Source: Fibrobacter sp. (GTDB lineage Bacteria; Fibrobacterota; Fibrobacteria; Fibrobacterales; Fibrobacteraceae). Taken from it: a stretch of DNA of 64,000 bases. The notes under the pieces are model-generated. The model saw only the letters and a list, made by a program, of their open reading frames with translations, had not been told where the DNA came from and did no database searches. Location: positions 11,539 to 75,538 of the forward strand of contig JAKSIG010000004.1 of NCBI GenBank assembly GCA_024398955.1. Reading direction: 5' to 3'. Made by a program: the position numbers and the translations under genes. This document shows, piece after piece, positions 19,869 to 30,050 of this stretch; position 1 is the first letter of the stretch; each line of letters opens with the position of its first letter.

Positions 19869-22800
19869 ATGAGTGTAGCAAACCTTTCTGTTCGTCGACC
19901 TGTGCTTATGACGGTGATGGCTCTTGTCATCATCTTGCTCGGAGCCTTTGGAATGAGCAACCTGGGCATTCGTGAATTCCCGAATGTAGACTATCCCATT
20001 ATTCAGGTGCGTACGTCCTATCCTGGTGCAAATGCCGCTGTGGTAGAAGCTGAAGTTACAGAAGTTCTGGAGTCCTCCATCAATAGTGCTCCGGGTATTA
20101 AGGCGCTGACTTCCACTAGTTCTGATGGTTACTCCTACATTAGCGTTGAGTTTGAGACAGGCATGGACCTGGAAGACGCTGCCAACGATATACGTGACCG
20201 AGTGAGCCGAGTACGCCGTCGTCTGCCTGACGATGTAGACGAACCTACGGTGAACAAGAGTGACTCCGATTCAGACCCCATTTTGATGATCAGCCTGGTC
20301 AGCGATAAGCTTGACGCCATGGATGTTTCTGAAATTGCCCGCAATCATGTAAAGGAGCGCCTGCAGACCATTAACGGTGTTTCTGAAGTAATGATCTGGG
20401 GAGAAAAGCAGCCTACGGTTCGCTTGTGGATTGACCCGATTCGTATGCAGGCCATGGGCGTTACCGGAAGTGAAATGAGTGCCGCCTTGAGTCGCGGAAA
20501 CCTGGAACTTCCGGCGGGTGCTATTGAAGGGTCCGAGACAACGCTTTCTATTCGTACGTTAGGCCGAATTTCTGATCCCGAGGCTTTTGCAAACATTGCC
20601 GTCAAGACTGCCGCCGATGGTACTGTTATTCGTGTGTCTGATGTGGCTAACATCCATTACGAACCTTTGGATACTCGCAAGGGCTTTAGACGTAACGGCA
20701 AGAATACGGTGACTTGCGCCCTTGTCGCCCAGCCGGGAAGCAACCATGTGGAAATTGCCGATGAATTTTATAAGCGTGTAGAGGATATTCGTCGTGAACT
20801 TCCCGAGGGCGTAGACATGCTCTATGGTCGCGATACTTCCATCAATATCCGCGCCTCCATCAAGGAAGTGGTGGAAACTATCTTCATTGCGTTCCTTCTG
20901 GTGATTGGAATTATTTTTGCCTTCCTTCGAGAAGGCCGTACCACTATTATCCCCATGGTGGTGGTTCCTGTGGCGGTTATCGGAAGTTTCTTTGTGCTCT
21001 ACCTTTGCGGTTTCAGCATTAATGTGCTGACGCTATTGGCGATGGTGCTGGCGATCGGTCTGGTGGTGGATGATGCAATCGTTATCGTGGAAAACATTTA
21101 CGATAAAATTGAAAAAGGCATGACACCAAGACAGGCTGCTGTAGCAGGAACCAATGAAATCTTTTTTGCGGTGATTGCTACTTCTATTGTGCTGATGGCT
21201 GTGTTCATTCCGGTTCTTGCGCTGGGAGGCACAACAGGTCTTTTGTTCAGGGAATTCGTGGCTGTGATGATTGGTACGGTGTTCCTTTCGACGCTGTGCG
21301 CTTTGACTCTTTCTCCCATGCTCTGTTCCAAGTTCCTGCGTCATCAAAAGAAAGGTGCCTTTTACAGAATAACAGAACCCTTCTTTGAGGGGCTGAATAA
21401 ATTCTATGGAATTTTGCTGACGGGTTTCTTGAAGTTAAGATTTTTGCTGTTCCCCGTGGTGGCGGGCCTATTGTTTGCTGCCTACTTCTGCTTTAACAAC
21501 ATGAGTAGCGAAATGGCTCCTACAGAAGATTCCGGCTCTGTTATGGTCAACGTGAACATGCCTGAAGGAGTTACCCTTACTCGTACAAAGAGAATGGCTG
21601 ACGCTTTTGTGGATGAGGTCATGACTATTCTGGATAGCGGGGAATATAAGGAAATGCAGGCGGGTGCCTGGAATGCTGGCAACTCTAGAATACGCCTTTC
21701 CTTGAATGACGACAAGACTGCTCGACGTTCTCAGAGCGAAATTGCCCATGCCATTCAATTGCTGGGAAATGAGTATCCTGACTTGCGCGTGATGGTGTTC
21801 GAACCGCAGAGTATTAGTACTCAACGCGGTGGCCTTCCTGTGCAGTTTGTACTGCAGGCGGGATCCATTGAGATACTTCGTACTCTTGTTCCGAAATTCA
21901 TGGAAGAAGCCAGCAAGAGTCCCGTATTCAGTGTGGTCAACACGAACCTAAAGTTTACGAAGCCGGAATTGCATATTGAGATTATGCGCGATAAGGCTGA
22001 TGAAGAAGGTGTATCCGTAAATGACATTGCCCAGGCAATCCAGCTGTCCATTAGCGAAAAAAGCTATGGGGAATATTATCGCGATGGGCGCCAGTACGAT
22101 GTGGTGGGTGCCGTCGGTTATCAGTACCGCAGTTCTCCTCAGAATCTTTCATTGCTGACGGTTAAGAACCGCAATGGAGAAGCTGTAAGTCTTGATAACT
22201 TCATTACTTACAAGGAACGTTCCGCGTCGCCATCTTTGCCGCGCTATAATAGATTTAGTTCTGCCACGATTCAGGCGGGTCTTGTTCCTGGAATGACAAT
22301 TGGTGATGGCGTCGAAGAAATGCGCCGAATTGCCAAGAACGTTCTTAAGGAATATCCTAACGTAAGCACTACGTTGAGCGGGGCTTCAAAGGAATTTGAA
22401 GAAAGTTCCTCGGGCCTGTACATAGTGTTCTTGCTGGCACTGGCTCTTGTGTTCCTGGTGCTGGCGGGGCAGTTCGAAAGTTTCCGCGCTCCGCTGGTGA
22501 TTTTCTTTACGGTGCCATTGGCCTTGGCTGGTGCGTTGACTTGCCTGTACCTGACGGGACAGACGTTGAACATCTTTAGCGAAATTGCTCTAATTCTGTT
22601 GATTGCCTTGGTGACAAAGAACGGTATTTTGATTGTGGAATTTGCAAATCAGATTGCCGCAGCTACTGGATGCACAAAGCTTGAGGCGGCTAGGCAAGCG
22701 GCGACTCGCCGCTTCCGCCCAATCCTCATGACGAGCCTTTCTACGGTGTTGGGCGCTGTGCCCTTGATCCTCACGGGCACGCCTAGCCGAATTGCGATGG

Positions 22801-22928
22801 GTATTGCCATTGCCGGTGGCCTGACATTTGCAACGTTCATGACCCTCTTCATTGTGCCAGCTGCATACAGCTATTTTGCAGGCAAGGTGGAACAGGTCAG
22901 CAGCACCGACGCAAGCAAGATGGCTTGA
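19869..22928 (+). CDS. RND efflux permease (AcrB/AcrD/AcrF family)
   Basis: YPGANA, GLVVDDAIVIVENI, KNGILIVEFA and RFRPILMT motifs; 1019 aa. Confidence 0.95.
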   Translation: MSVANLSVRRPVLMTVMALVIILLGAFGMSNLGIREFPNVDYPIIQVRTSYPGANAAVVEAEVTEVLESSINSAPGIKALTSTSSDGYSYISVEFETGMDLEDAANDIRDRVSRVRRRLPDDVDEPTVNKSDSDSDPILMISLVSDKLDAMDVSEIARNHVKERLQTINGVSEVMIWGEKQPTVRLWIDPIRMQAMGVTGSEMSAALSRGNLELPAGAIEGSETTLSIRTLGRISDPEAFANIAVKTAADGTVIRVSDVANIHYEPLDTRKGFRRNGKNTVTCALVAQPGSNHVEIADEFYKRVEDIRRELPEGVDMLYGRDTSINIRASIKEVVETIFIAFLLVIGIIFAFLREGRTTIIPMVVVPVAVIGSFFVLYLCGFSINVLTLLAMVLAIGLVVDDAIVIVENIYDKIEKGMTPRQAAVAGTNEIFFAVIATSIVLMAVFIPVLALGGTTGLLFREFVAVMIGTVFLSTLCALTLSPMLCSKFLRHQKKGAFYRITEPFFEGLNKFYGILLTGFLKLRFLLFPVVAGLLFAAYFCFNNMSSEMAPTEDSGSVMVNVNMPEGVTLTRTKRMADAFVDEVMTILDSGEYKEMQAGAWNAGNSRIRLSLNDDKTARRSQSEIAHAIQLLGNEYPDLRVMVFEPQSISTQRGGLPVQFVLQAGSIEILRTLVPKFMEEASKSPVFSVVNTNLKFTKPELHIEIMRDKADEEGVSVNDIAQAIQLSISEKSYGEYYRDGRQYDVVGAVGYQYRSSPQNLSLLTVKNRNGEAVSLDNFITYKERSASPSLPRYNRFSSATIQAGLVPGMTIGDGVEEMRRIAKNVLKEYPNVSTTLSGASKEFEESSSGLYIVFLLALALVFLVLAGQFESFRAPLVIFFTVPLALAGALTCLYLTGQTLNIFSEIALILLIALVTKNGILIVEFANQIAAATGCTKLEAARQAATRRFRPILMTSLSTVLGAVPLILTGTPSRIAMGIAIAGGLTFATFMTLFIVPAAYSYFAGKVEQVSSTDASKMA

Positions 22929-22961
22929 TGTTCCATTGTTTGCTGCTGCTCCGGGGATTCA

Positions 22962-23240
22962 CTAGCGCGTCAGCTGGAATACGACTTCACCTTTGCGGCT
23001 CATTCCGTACTTGGTTCGCAAAAGGCCTTCCTTATAGAGGGAATCGTTCTTTAGCTGTTCAATCTGGATGTTTCTTGCGTCAATGACGTTCTGCAATGAA
23101 TCAATGCGGTGCTGGTAGGTCGCAATGTCTCGTTCAATCCCGTTCTGCTGCCTAAGGCTGTTCTTGCCGAACAAAAGCTGAGATGTTACCACTGCGATAA
23201 CAAACACAATCAGCACAAGAATGATTAAATGCTTCTTCAA
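22962..23240 (-). CDS. ftsB: Septum formation initiator (FtsB/DivIC family)
   Basis: Single N-terminal TM, LLFGKNS, coiled coil, YGMSRKGEVVFQL; likely TTG start at 23240. Confidence 0.75.
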   Translation of the reverse strand: MKKHLIILVLIVFVIAVVTSQLLFGKNSLRQQNGIERDIATYQHRIDSLQNVIDARNIQIEQLKNDSLYKEGLLRTKYGMSRKGEVVFQLTR

Positions 23241-23241
23241 G

Positions 23242-24222
23242 CTAAGGGCTCCCGTTAAAATAGAATTGCATGTTATCCTTGGTCTTGACCAATCCTGCAA
23301 TCTCTAGCTCTGTTAATATAGCTAAAATGTTGGCTGTCTTAAAGTTACAGGAGTCTTGTATCTCGGAAAATGTGACGCGGAATCCGTTGAATTTTTTGAA
23401 AATGGCTGACGCGTCTTTAGATAGGGAACATCCTTGGGCCATAAAGTCCTTTAAAGATATGAATTTCCCTTCATTTGCGATTAAGGGTATCCCGACAATT
23501 TCCCTAAGGCTTTCTGGAATAAAAACGGGTTTGGCCTTCCCGTTATCCAGGTAAAAGTTGGGCCCACTGGCGACATCGCTGTCAAAATTGCCAGGAATGG
23601 CAAATAGGGGCTTGCCTTCGCTGAGACAGTAGTCTGCCGTGATTAACGCGCCTCCTTTGGTTTTGCTCTGTACCAGTACCGTAGCGCGGCAAAGTCCGCT
23701 TATGATGCGGTTGCGGGCAGGGAACATCCCTTTTAGTGATGCAGCATCTCCTTCATACTCGCTAAGGATGGCTCCCCCTGATTCAAGAATTCGTCGGGCT
23801 AGATACGCCCGGGCGCCGGGAATCCTGGCCTCGATTCCTTGGGCGATGACTGCTATGGTGGGAATCCCTGCATCCAGGGCGGCTTCATGGCAGTAGCTGT
23901 CGATGCCCTGTGCCAAACCTGAAACGACAACAGCCTTTGTACCTCGTAAGGATTGTACGAGCTTGCGGCAAAGTTCTGGAGCCGAATCGCTTGGCCTGCG
24001 GGTTCCCACCATGGCGATGCCAATGGCATCTTGCGCTGGTAATGTTCCCTTATAAAATAAGCGCCTAGGTCTTAACTTTGAGGCTCCCAGTAAAAGCGGA
24101 TATTGCTCCGGAAAAATTTCTACACACTTTCTATCTTGGCACGCTACGCGTGCAGATTTGTTCGGCTCGGCAATGTAAACACTTGTGTTTGCGCTGCTCT
24201 CGCCTTTTCTATCTTTATCCAT
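23242..24222 (-). CDS. dprA: DNA processing protein DprA/Smf
   Basis: IAMVGTR, VSGLAQGIDS, FPARNRIISGL, GGALITA motifs and a C-terminal winged helix (LTELEIAGLV). Start uncertain. Confidence 0.9.
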   Translation of the reverse strand: MDKDRKGESSANTSVYIAEPNKSARVACQDRKCVEIFPEQYPLLLGASKLRPRRLFYKGTLPAQDAIGIAMVGTRRPSDSAPELCRKLVQSLRGTKAVVVSGLAQGIDSYCHEAALDAGIPTIAVIAQGIEARIPGARAYLARRILESGGAILSEYEGDAASLKGMFPARNRIISGLCRATVLVQSKTKGGALITADYCLSEGKPLFAIPGNFDSDVASGPNFYLDNGKAKPVFIPESLREIVGIPLIANEGKFISLKDFMAQGCSLSKDASAIFKKFNGFRVTFSEIQDSCNFKTANILAILTELEIAGLVKTKDNMQFYFNGSP

Positions 24223-25062
24223 ATGAAGTACTCCTTTCAAGATCTTGTGAATATCATGGCCACCCTCCGTTCGGAAAATGGCTGTCCTTGGGACCGAAAG
24301 CAAACCCATCAGTCCCTGCTCCCTTATTTGGTCGAAGAATCCCATGAATACATAGATGCTGCCCAGGCCAACGATAAGGTTCATATGGCTGAGGAACTGG
24401 GAGATGTGCTCTTCCAGATTGTATTCCATTCACAGGTCGCAAAAGAAAATGGCGATTTTTGTATTGACGACGTGGTGCAGGGAATCTGCGAAAAAATGAT
24501 CCGACGTCATCCTCATGTGTTTGGCGACGTCAAGGTCGACAACGCTGAGGAGTTCCTTGATGTCAATAATCCCAATGGCCTGCGTAGCCGCTGGGAAAGT
24601 ATCAAGGCAGCGGAAAAGAATAATCAAGATATGGTGGGCAAGTCTGCTATGGACAAAGTAAGCAAAAGCATGCCCACACTGGCCCGCGCTCAAGAAATTC
24701 AGCGCCGCGCCGCCAAAGTTGGATTTGACTGGATCGAAGCTGAACCCGTGTTCGACAAGGCTGTGGAAGAATTTAATGAATTCCGCACCGAAATGCAAGC
24801 CTCCACTGCAGAATGCAACAACGTGGATCGTATGGAAGACGAATTCGGCGACATTCTGTTTAGCCTGGTGAATGTGGCTCGCCATTGCGGGTTCAATGCT
24901 GCTCTTGCGTTAGAGCGTGCCAACAGCAAGTTTGAACGGCGTTTTCGTGTGGTAGAGAATCTGGCCCGGGCCGAGGGCAAGGAAATGAAGGAGGAGTCTC
25001 CTGAACGCTTGCAGGAACTGTGGCGCGAGGCCAAGAAGGTTACAAAATCAACCAATTCCTGA
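24223..25062 (+). CDS. mazG: Nucleoside triphosphate pyrophosphohydrolase MazG
   Basis: LRSENGCPWDRKQT, EELGDVLFQ, RRHPHVFG and EDEFGDILF motifs. Confidence 0.95.
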   Translation: MKYSFQDLVNIMATLRSENGCPWDRKQTHQSLLPYLVEESHEYIDAAQANDKVHMAEELGDVLFQIVFHSQVAKENGDFCIDDVVQGICEKMIRRHPHVFGDVKVDNAEEFLDVNNPNGLRSRWESIKAAEKNNQDMVGKSAMDKVSKSMPTLARAQEIQRRAAKVGFDWIEAEPVFDKAVEEFNEFRTEMQASTAECNNVDRMEDEFGDILFSLVNVARHCGFNAALALERANSKFERRFRVVENLARAEGKEMKEESPERLQELWREAKKVTKSTNS

Positions 25063-25391
25063 TGTGTTCTAGTTTGCAAGAGCTGGCTAGGACCGCTGTC
25101 TTTATAAGATACTCCAGTTTGGAACGTTCTTTTTAGGAACAGCATTCTTAAAGAATAATACCTCGCAATAAGATTTTGCGGGGTATATTATTATCGTGCT
25201 TCCAACCCATTCCTGGTTCTGGAGAAGGGATGCCGGATCGAACCGCGGGGTAGGAATAGGTAGGAAGCACACTTGTTCTCTTCTAATTCCACTGGGTTCC
25301 GCGAGCTTGTCTCGCGGAATCCTTTTTTATGGGAGGCCTTCGCTTATGTTTGGTGTGTGGCGAAGACTCCTTGTGTTGTGTACGTTAAAGC

Positions 25392-25662
25392 AAAAAAGAG
25401 TCCCGCGAGGAATCGCGGGACCCTTTCTTTTTCAATTACACGCCTTAGCCCATGCGGTCTTACCGTGAGCAAAATAAAAAGGGTCGGTAAGAACCGATCC
25501 CTTTTTATTTGCGAGAGTGAGGACCAACCAGAACTTGCATCCTGATTGGGTCCGAACGGTCTTACCGTGAGTAAGCAAAAAGGACTGGTATGAACCAGTC
25601 CTTTTTTGCTTACGAGAGCATGGGCCTACGAGAGTTTTTATCCTGCCTTAGCCCATGCGGTC
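25392..25662. repeat. Composite palindromic (BIME/REP-like) cluster downstream of fusA
   Basis: GCCTTAGCCCATGCGGTC at 25442 and 25645; CGGTCTTACCGTGAG at 25455 and 25557; several A/T-flanked hairpins. Confidence 0.7.
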
Positions 25663-25665
25663 AGG

Positions 25666-27795
25666 TTAAGCGCGTGCGCCAGCCTTGTCGCCGTACTTCT
25701 TGATGAGTTCTTCCTGAATGTTCTTGGGAACCGGCAGGTACTTGGCGAATTCCATGGTGAATTCAGCCTTACCCTGGGTCATAGAACGCAGGTCAGTTGC
25801 GTAGCCGAACATTTCGGACAGCGGAACTTCAGCGGTGATGGTGGTCATGCCCAGTTCTTCGTTAGTACCAACGATGGTACCACGACGCTGAGAAACGTTA
25901 CCAACAACGGAACCCTGGAATTCGGTCGGGGTCTGGATTTCAACCTTCATGATCGGTTCGAGGATCTGTGCGCCAGCCTTAGCGAAGGCTTCACGGAATG
26001 CCATACGAGCTGCAACCTGGAAGGCCATATCGGAAGAGTCAACGGGGTGGAATGCACCATCCTGAACGTCCATTTCGATACCCACAACCGGGAAGCCGAT
26101 CAAGGAACCTGCATCCATGCAGCTCTGGAAACCCTTATCGCAGGACGGGATGTATTCCTTAGGAATACGGCCGCCAACGACGGAGTTGATGAAGTTGTAA
26201 ACCTTTTCGGAGTCGCCTTCGACAGCCATCGGACGCATTTCGCCGACGACCTTAGCGTACTGACCGCTACCACCGGTCTGCTTCTTGTGGGTGTAGTCGA
26301 ACTTGGAAGCGCGGGTGATGGTTTCGCGGTATGCAACCTGCGGAGCACCAGTCTGAACGTCAACCTTGTATTCACGACGCATACGTTCGATGTAAACGTC
26401 AAGGTGAAGTTCGCCCATACCCTTGATGATGGTTTCGCCAGATTCCTTGTTCACTTCGACCTGGAAGGTGGGGTCTTCCTTGGTGAAGCGGTTCAGAGCC
26501 TTGGACATGTTGTCCAGGTCGTCACGGTTCTTAGCTTCGATCACAAGTTCGATAACCGGGTTAGGAACGTGCATGGAGGTCATGTTGTAGTTGTTCTTGC
26601 CATCGGTAAAGGTAGTACCGGATGCGCAGTCAATACCGAACAGAGCAACGATGTCGCCTGCACCAGCTTCGGTGATATCCACCATTTCGTCAGCGTGCAT
26701 ACGAACGAGACGGCCAACGGAAACCTTCTTGCCAGTGGAGATGTTGGTGATCATGTCACCCTTCTTGATAACACCCTGGTATACGCGGATGTAGGTCAGC
26801 TGACCATAGCGGTCGTTCACCAGCTTGAATGCGTAGGAAACCATGGGAGCGTTATCTTCGGACTTCAGGACAACTTCAGCTTCGTTGTTGTTCAGGTCAA
26901 GAGCCTTGTTTTCGACGTCGGTCGGGCAGGGGAGGTAGTCAACGACACCGTCGAGGAGCTTCTGGATACCAATGTTCTTATGAGCGGAACCCATGAACAC
27001 CGGAGTGACTTCGAGGCTAATGCAAGCTTCGCGGATGGTCTTCTTGATGAGGGCCTTGTCGATTTCGTCAACGCCGTACTTGCCTTCCATAGCAAGTTCC
27101 ATGATTTCGTCGTTGTAGTCTGCGCAGCAGTCAACGAGCTTTTCACGGTATTCGTTTGCCTGGTCAACCAGTTCTGCCGGGATTTCGGTTTCGCGCATGT
27201 CGTCACCGTTGTCGCCTTCGAAGTAGTAGGCCTTCATTTCAACCAGGTCAACCACGCCCTTCAGCTGGTCTTCGAGACCGATAGGAATCTGCATAACGCA
27301 GGGCTTGTGGTTCAGCTTTTCCTTAAGCATAACTGCAACGCGGAGCGGATTTGCACCGGAACGGTCGCACTTGTTGACAAACACAACACGAGGCACATGG
27401 TAGCGCTTCATCTGGCGGTCAACGGTAATAGACTGAGACTGAACGCCTTCCACGCCGGTAAGAACGAGGATAGCACCGTCAAGCACACGGAGAGAACGTT
27501 CAACTTCGATAGTGAAGTCCACGTGCCCCGGGGTATCGATGATGTTGATGGTGTCAGCTTCGCCAGACTTAGTGTGGGTCCAGCTTGCGAAGGTAGCAGC
27601 AGACTGAATGGTAATGCCGCGTTCGCGTTCGAGTTCCATGGAGTCCATCGTGGCACCGACGCCGTCCTTACCACGAACTTCGTGGATAGCGTGAATACGC
27701 TTGGTGTAGTAGAGGATACGTTCGGTAAGAGTGGTCTTACCAGAGTCGATGTGAGCAGAAATACCAATATTTCTGTGGGTAGTAATGTTTTTCAT
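25666..27795 (-). CDS. fusA: Elongation factor G (spirochete/mitochondrial EF-G1-like subtype)
   Basis: [58 protein letters not shown] and GMGELHL motifs; start at ATG 27795. Confidence 0.97.
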   Translation of the reverse strand: MKNITTHRNIGISAHIDSGKTTLTERILYYTKRIHAIHEVRGKDGVGATMDSMELERERGITIQSAATFASWTHTKSGEADTINIIDTPGHVDFTIEVERSLRVLDGAILVLTGVEGVQSQSITVDRQMKRYHVPRVVFVNKCDRSGANPLRVAVMLKEKLNHKPCVMQIPIGLEDQLKGVVDLVEMKAYYFEGDNGDDMRETEIPAELVDQANEYREKLVDCCADYNDEIMELAMEGKYGVDEIDKALIKKTIREACISLEVTPVFMGSAHKNIGIQKLLDGVVDYLPCPTDVENKALDLNNNEAEVVLKSEDNAPMVSYAFKLVNDRYGQLTYIRVYQGVIKKGDMITNISTGKKVSVGRLVRMHADEMVDITEAGAGDIVALFGIDCASGTTFTDGKNNYNMTSMHVPNPVIELVIEAKNRDDLDNMSKALNRFTKEDPTFQVEVNKESGETIIKGMGELHLDVYIERMRREYKVDVQTGAPQVAYRETITRASKFDYTHKKQTGGSGQYAKVVGEMRPMAVEGDSEKVYNFINSVVGGRIPKEYIPSCDKGFQSCMDAGSLIGFPVVGIEMDVQDGAFHPVDSSDMAFQVAARMAFREAFAKAGAQILEPIMKVEIQTPTEFQGSVVGNVSQRRGTIVGTNEELGMTTITAEVPLSEMFGYATDLRSMTQGKAEFTMEFAKYLPVPKNIQEELIKKYGDKAGARA

Positions 27796-27986
27796 AGTTA
27801 TTCCACAAATGGAGTTGATGTTTATTTGAGTTGCGTCCAAAGATAGAAAAAAATAGGGGAGGGGTCAAGGGCGGGGGCTTTTTGGCGACTTTAAACATGA
27901 AAATCCAGGGCAAAAGGTCCTGGATTTGCTTGATTTCACGTTTTTTTTACAAATTGCAGGTGTTTCCCGCAATCTATAAAAAAGGA

Positions 27987-28649
27987 TTAGTTGATTTCGC
28001 TGGACGATTCCTGCTCTGTATTTGGGGATTCCGGATCCGATTCCAGGGCCTCGACCTTGTTGTCGGCCAGGGACTTAAAGTAGGCGGATGCGGTTTTTCC
28101 GACTTCATTGGTGTCGTAGAAGGTGTAGGCTCCGTTACCGATGGCGCCAAGGACGGGAATCGCCTTAAGGGCGGTTTTACCGATGAACTTGGTGGAAACC
28201 TGCAGGCCGATCTTCTGGAGAAGTTTTTCGATGGCTGCGAAGGAAAGCTTTTGAATGACTATTCGGCTACCGGTGCGTACGGCTACATCTCGCAGGAGAG
28301 AGGCTGCGCTATGACGGAAAAGGCACCAGATCATAGCTTCCTGTGTCAGGAGAGCCAATTTACCGTAGGTGGCCGCAATGTCGGAAACCAGCTGGGCCTG
28401 AATTCGCCATACGGCCAGAATGTCCGGAATCGAAGTAAGGACTCCGGTCATGCCAGCGGGTATAGAAAGGGTGGCGCTTAAGGTGGCTGCCTTCATGCCT
28501 GCCTGCTGAATCAGTTTCTTTACCTTGTCGTCGGGATTCTCAATTTTAGAGTGCATGGACTCGGGAATGTCGGTAATGACATCCACAAGAATTTTTGCGA
28601 ATTTGTCTTTAATATCTTCTAGCTTCTTGCTGTTAGAGTCGTTTTTCAT
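27987..28649 (-). CDS. EcsC-like hypothetical protein
   Basis: IPDILAVWRIQAQLVSDIAATYG and KAIPVLGAIG patterns; GGAG RBS. Confidence 0.65.
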   Translation of the reverse strand: MKNDSNSKKLEDIKDKFAKILVDVITDIPESMHSKIENPDDKVKKLIQQAGMKAATLSATLSIPAGMTGVLTSIPDILAVWRIQAQLVSDIAATYGKLALLTQEAMIWCLFRHSAASLLRDVAVRTGSRIVIQKLSFAAIEKLLQKIGLQVSTKFIGKTALKAIPVLGAIGNGAYTFYDTNEVGKTASAYFKSLADNKVEALESDPESPNTEQESSSEIN

Positions 28650-28660
28650 GGAATCTCCGA

Positions 28661-28689
28661 AAAAAGCACGTCCGATGGTGGACGTGCTT
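28661..28689 (-). terminator. Rho-independent terminator
   Basis: AAAAAGCACGTCC-GATGGT-GGACGTGCTT. Confidence 0.65.
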
Positions 28690-28734
28690 GAAATATAAAT
28701 TATGTAATGGATCGGAGTCTAAAAGGACTGCGGG

Positions 28735-29070
28735 CTAGAACAGAATCTTGGCAATGCCTCCTGCGAGTCCTGGCAACTTGTACCGCAGGGTGGTGTCGCC
28801 TAGCCAGTAGTCCAGGGCTTCATCAATCCACTGACGTTCGCATGTAATCTTGCGGATTACGATGTTGGTCCCTTCGTCCGTGTCGTCAAAGAAGTAGTAA
28901 CCGCGGAACTTGATGGGGAAGATTTCGCCGTGTAGAAGCACTGATACGTCTGCTGTCCCCTTGTCGGAGTCGATAACGACCGACTGGACATCTCCAAACT
29001 GTTTTACAAGTTCGTGATTCTTGACGAAGGCTTCGACAGCTTTGTCGCGGAAGTTACTGAGCAGAGACAT
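28735..29070 (-). CDS. Hypothetical protein (~111 aa)
   Basis: ORF starts 2 nt after the map stop; start moved to MSLLSNF at 29070. Confidence 0.65.
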   Translation of the reverse strand: MSLLSNFRDKAVEAFVKNHELVKQFGDVQSVVIDSDKGTADVSVLLHGEIFPIKFRGYYFFDDTDEGTNIVIRKITCERQWIDEALDYWLGDTTLRYKLPGLAGGIAKILF

Positions 29071-29072
29071 GG

Positions 29073-29834
29073 TTATCGGGGGAGGGTCAGGATTTCGATG
29101 CCATCCTTGGTGCGGACAACAGTGTGTTCCCACTGGGCGCTAAGGGAGCCGTCGCGGGTTACTGCGGTCCAACCATCACTTAAGGTCTTGGTTCCGTAAC
29201 GTCCTGCGTTAAGCATGGGCTCTACGGTAAAGACGTTGCCGATTTCGATGAGACTTGTGATTTCGTTGTTGCGGAAATGGAAAACCAGCGGTTCTTCGTG
29301 GAAGCCTCGGCCAATGCCGTGACCACAGTAATCCTGCACAACGCTAAAGCCGTGCTCGTCTGCGATATCGTTGATGGCGTAGCCAATGTCGTTCCAGCGG
29401 GCACCTGCTTCGCCGGCGACGCGAATGCCTTCTTCCATGGCGAACTTGGCGGTGTCCACCAGCTCCTGAGCGAGCTTGCTTACCTTGCCGACGCAGAACA
29501 TGGCGGAGGTGTCGCCATGGTATCCCTGAAGGATTGTAGTGATGTCGATGTTCACGATGTCGCCATCCTTAAGGATGGTGTTTGCGTTAGGAATGCCGTG
29601 GCAAACCACTTCGTTGATGCTGATGCATGCGTAGCGGGGATAGCCATGGTAGCCCTTGCAGGCGGAAATGCCCTTGTGCTGACGGGTGTAGTCGCCGATG
29701 AATTCATCAATTTCCAGGGTGCTAACGCCGGGCTTGCACATTTCTCCTGCACGAATCAGGGTTTCTGCAGCCAGTGCGCCAGCGTCACGAATCAGTTCAA
29801 TTTCTCTTGCGTTCTTTACTTTAATCTTAGCCAT
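29073..29834 (-). CDS. map: Methionine aminopeptidase type I
   Basis: SINEVVCHGIP, GYHGDTS, GHGIG, FTVEPM and SAQWEHT motifs. Confidence 0.97.
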   Translation of the reverse strand: MAKIKVKNAREIELIRDAGALAAETLIRAGEMCKPGVSTLEIDEFIGDYTRQHKGISACKGYHGYPRYACISINEVVCHGIPNANTILKDGDIVNIDITTILQGYHGDTSAMFCVGKVSKLAQELVDTAKFAMEEGIRVAGEAGARWNDIGYAINDIADEHGFSVVQDYCGHGIGRGFHEEPLVFHFRNNEITSLIEIGNVFTVEPMLNAGRYGTKTLSDGWTAVTRDGSLSAQWEHTVVRTKDGIEILTLPR

Positions 29835-29901
29835 AATCAGTTTTGAGGTCGCGCTTCGCGCTTTGTGGTGTGCGGTAGCTTGCGTTGCTCGTTTTGGGGT
29901 T

Positions 29902-30050
29902 TAATTAGGGACTTGGTTCTAGGGGTTTGGGCTGCAGGATGCAAGTGCATATTATTTAAAGAATGTTTCATCCCTGTATCTCAAGCTGAACCATCCCGAC
30001 ATCCCTAGTCCCTAGTCTCTAGTTTCTAGTTTCTACTCTCTACTCTCTAA
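29902..30050. repeat. Heptamer repeat clusters (CCTAGTC/TCTAGTT/TCTACTC) with an imperfect inverted partner
   Basis: ccctagtccctagtctctagtttctagtttctactctctactctcta at ~30003-30049; tagggacttggttctagggg at ~29906. Confidence 0.55.

Noticed and set aside
25215-25255. tRNA-like fragment on the minus strand (GGTTCGATCC...CTCCA)
   Set aside because: The T-stem does not pair and no acceptor, D or anticodon arm can be built.
25606-27846. 746-aa plus-strand ORF
   Set aside because: It is the antisense shadow of fusA, caused by strong codon bias, and has no recognisable motifs.
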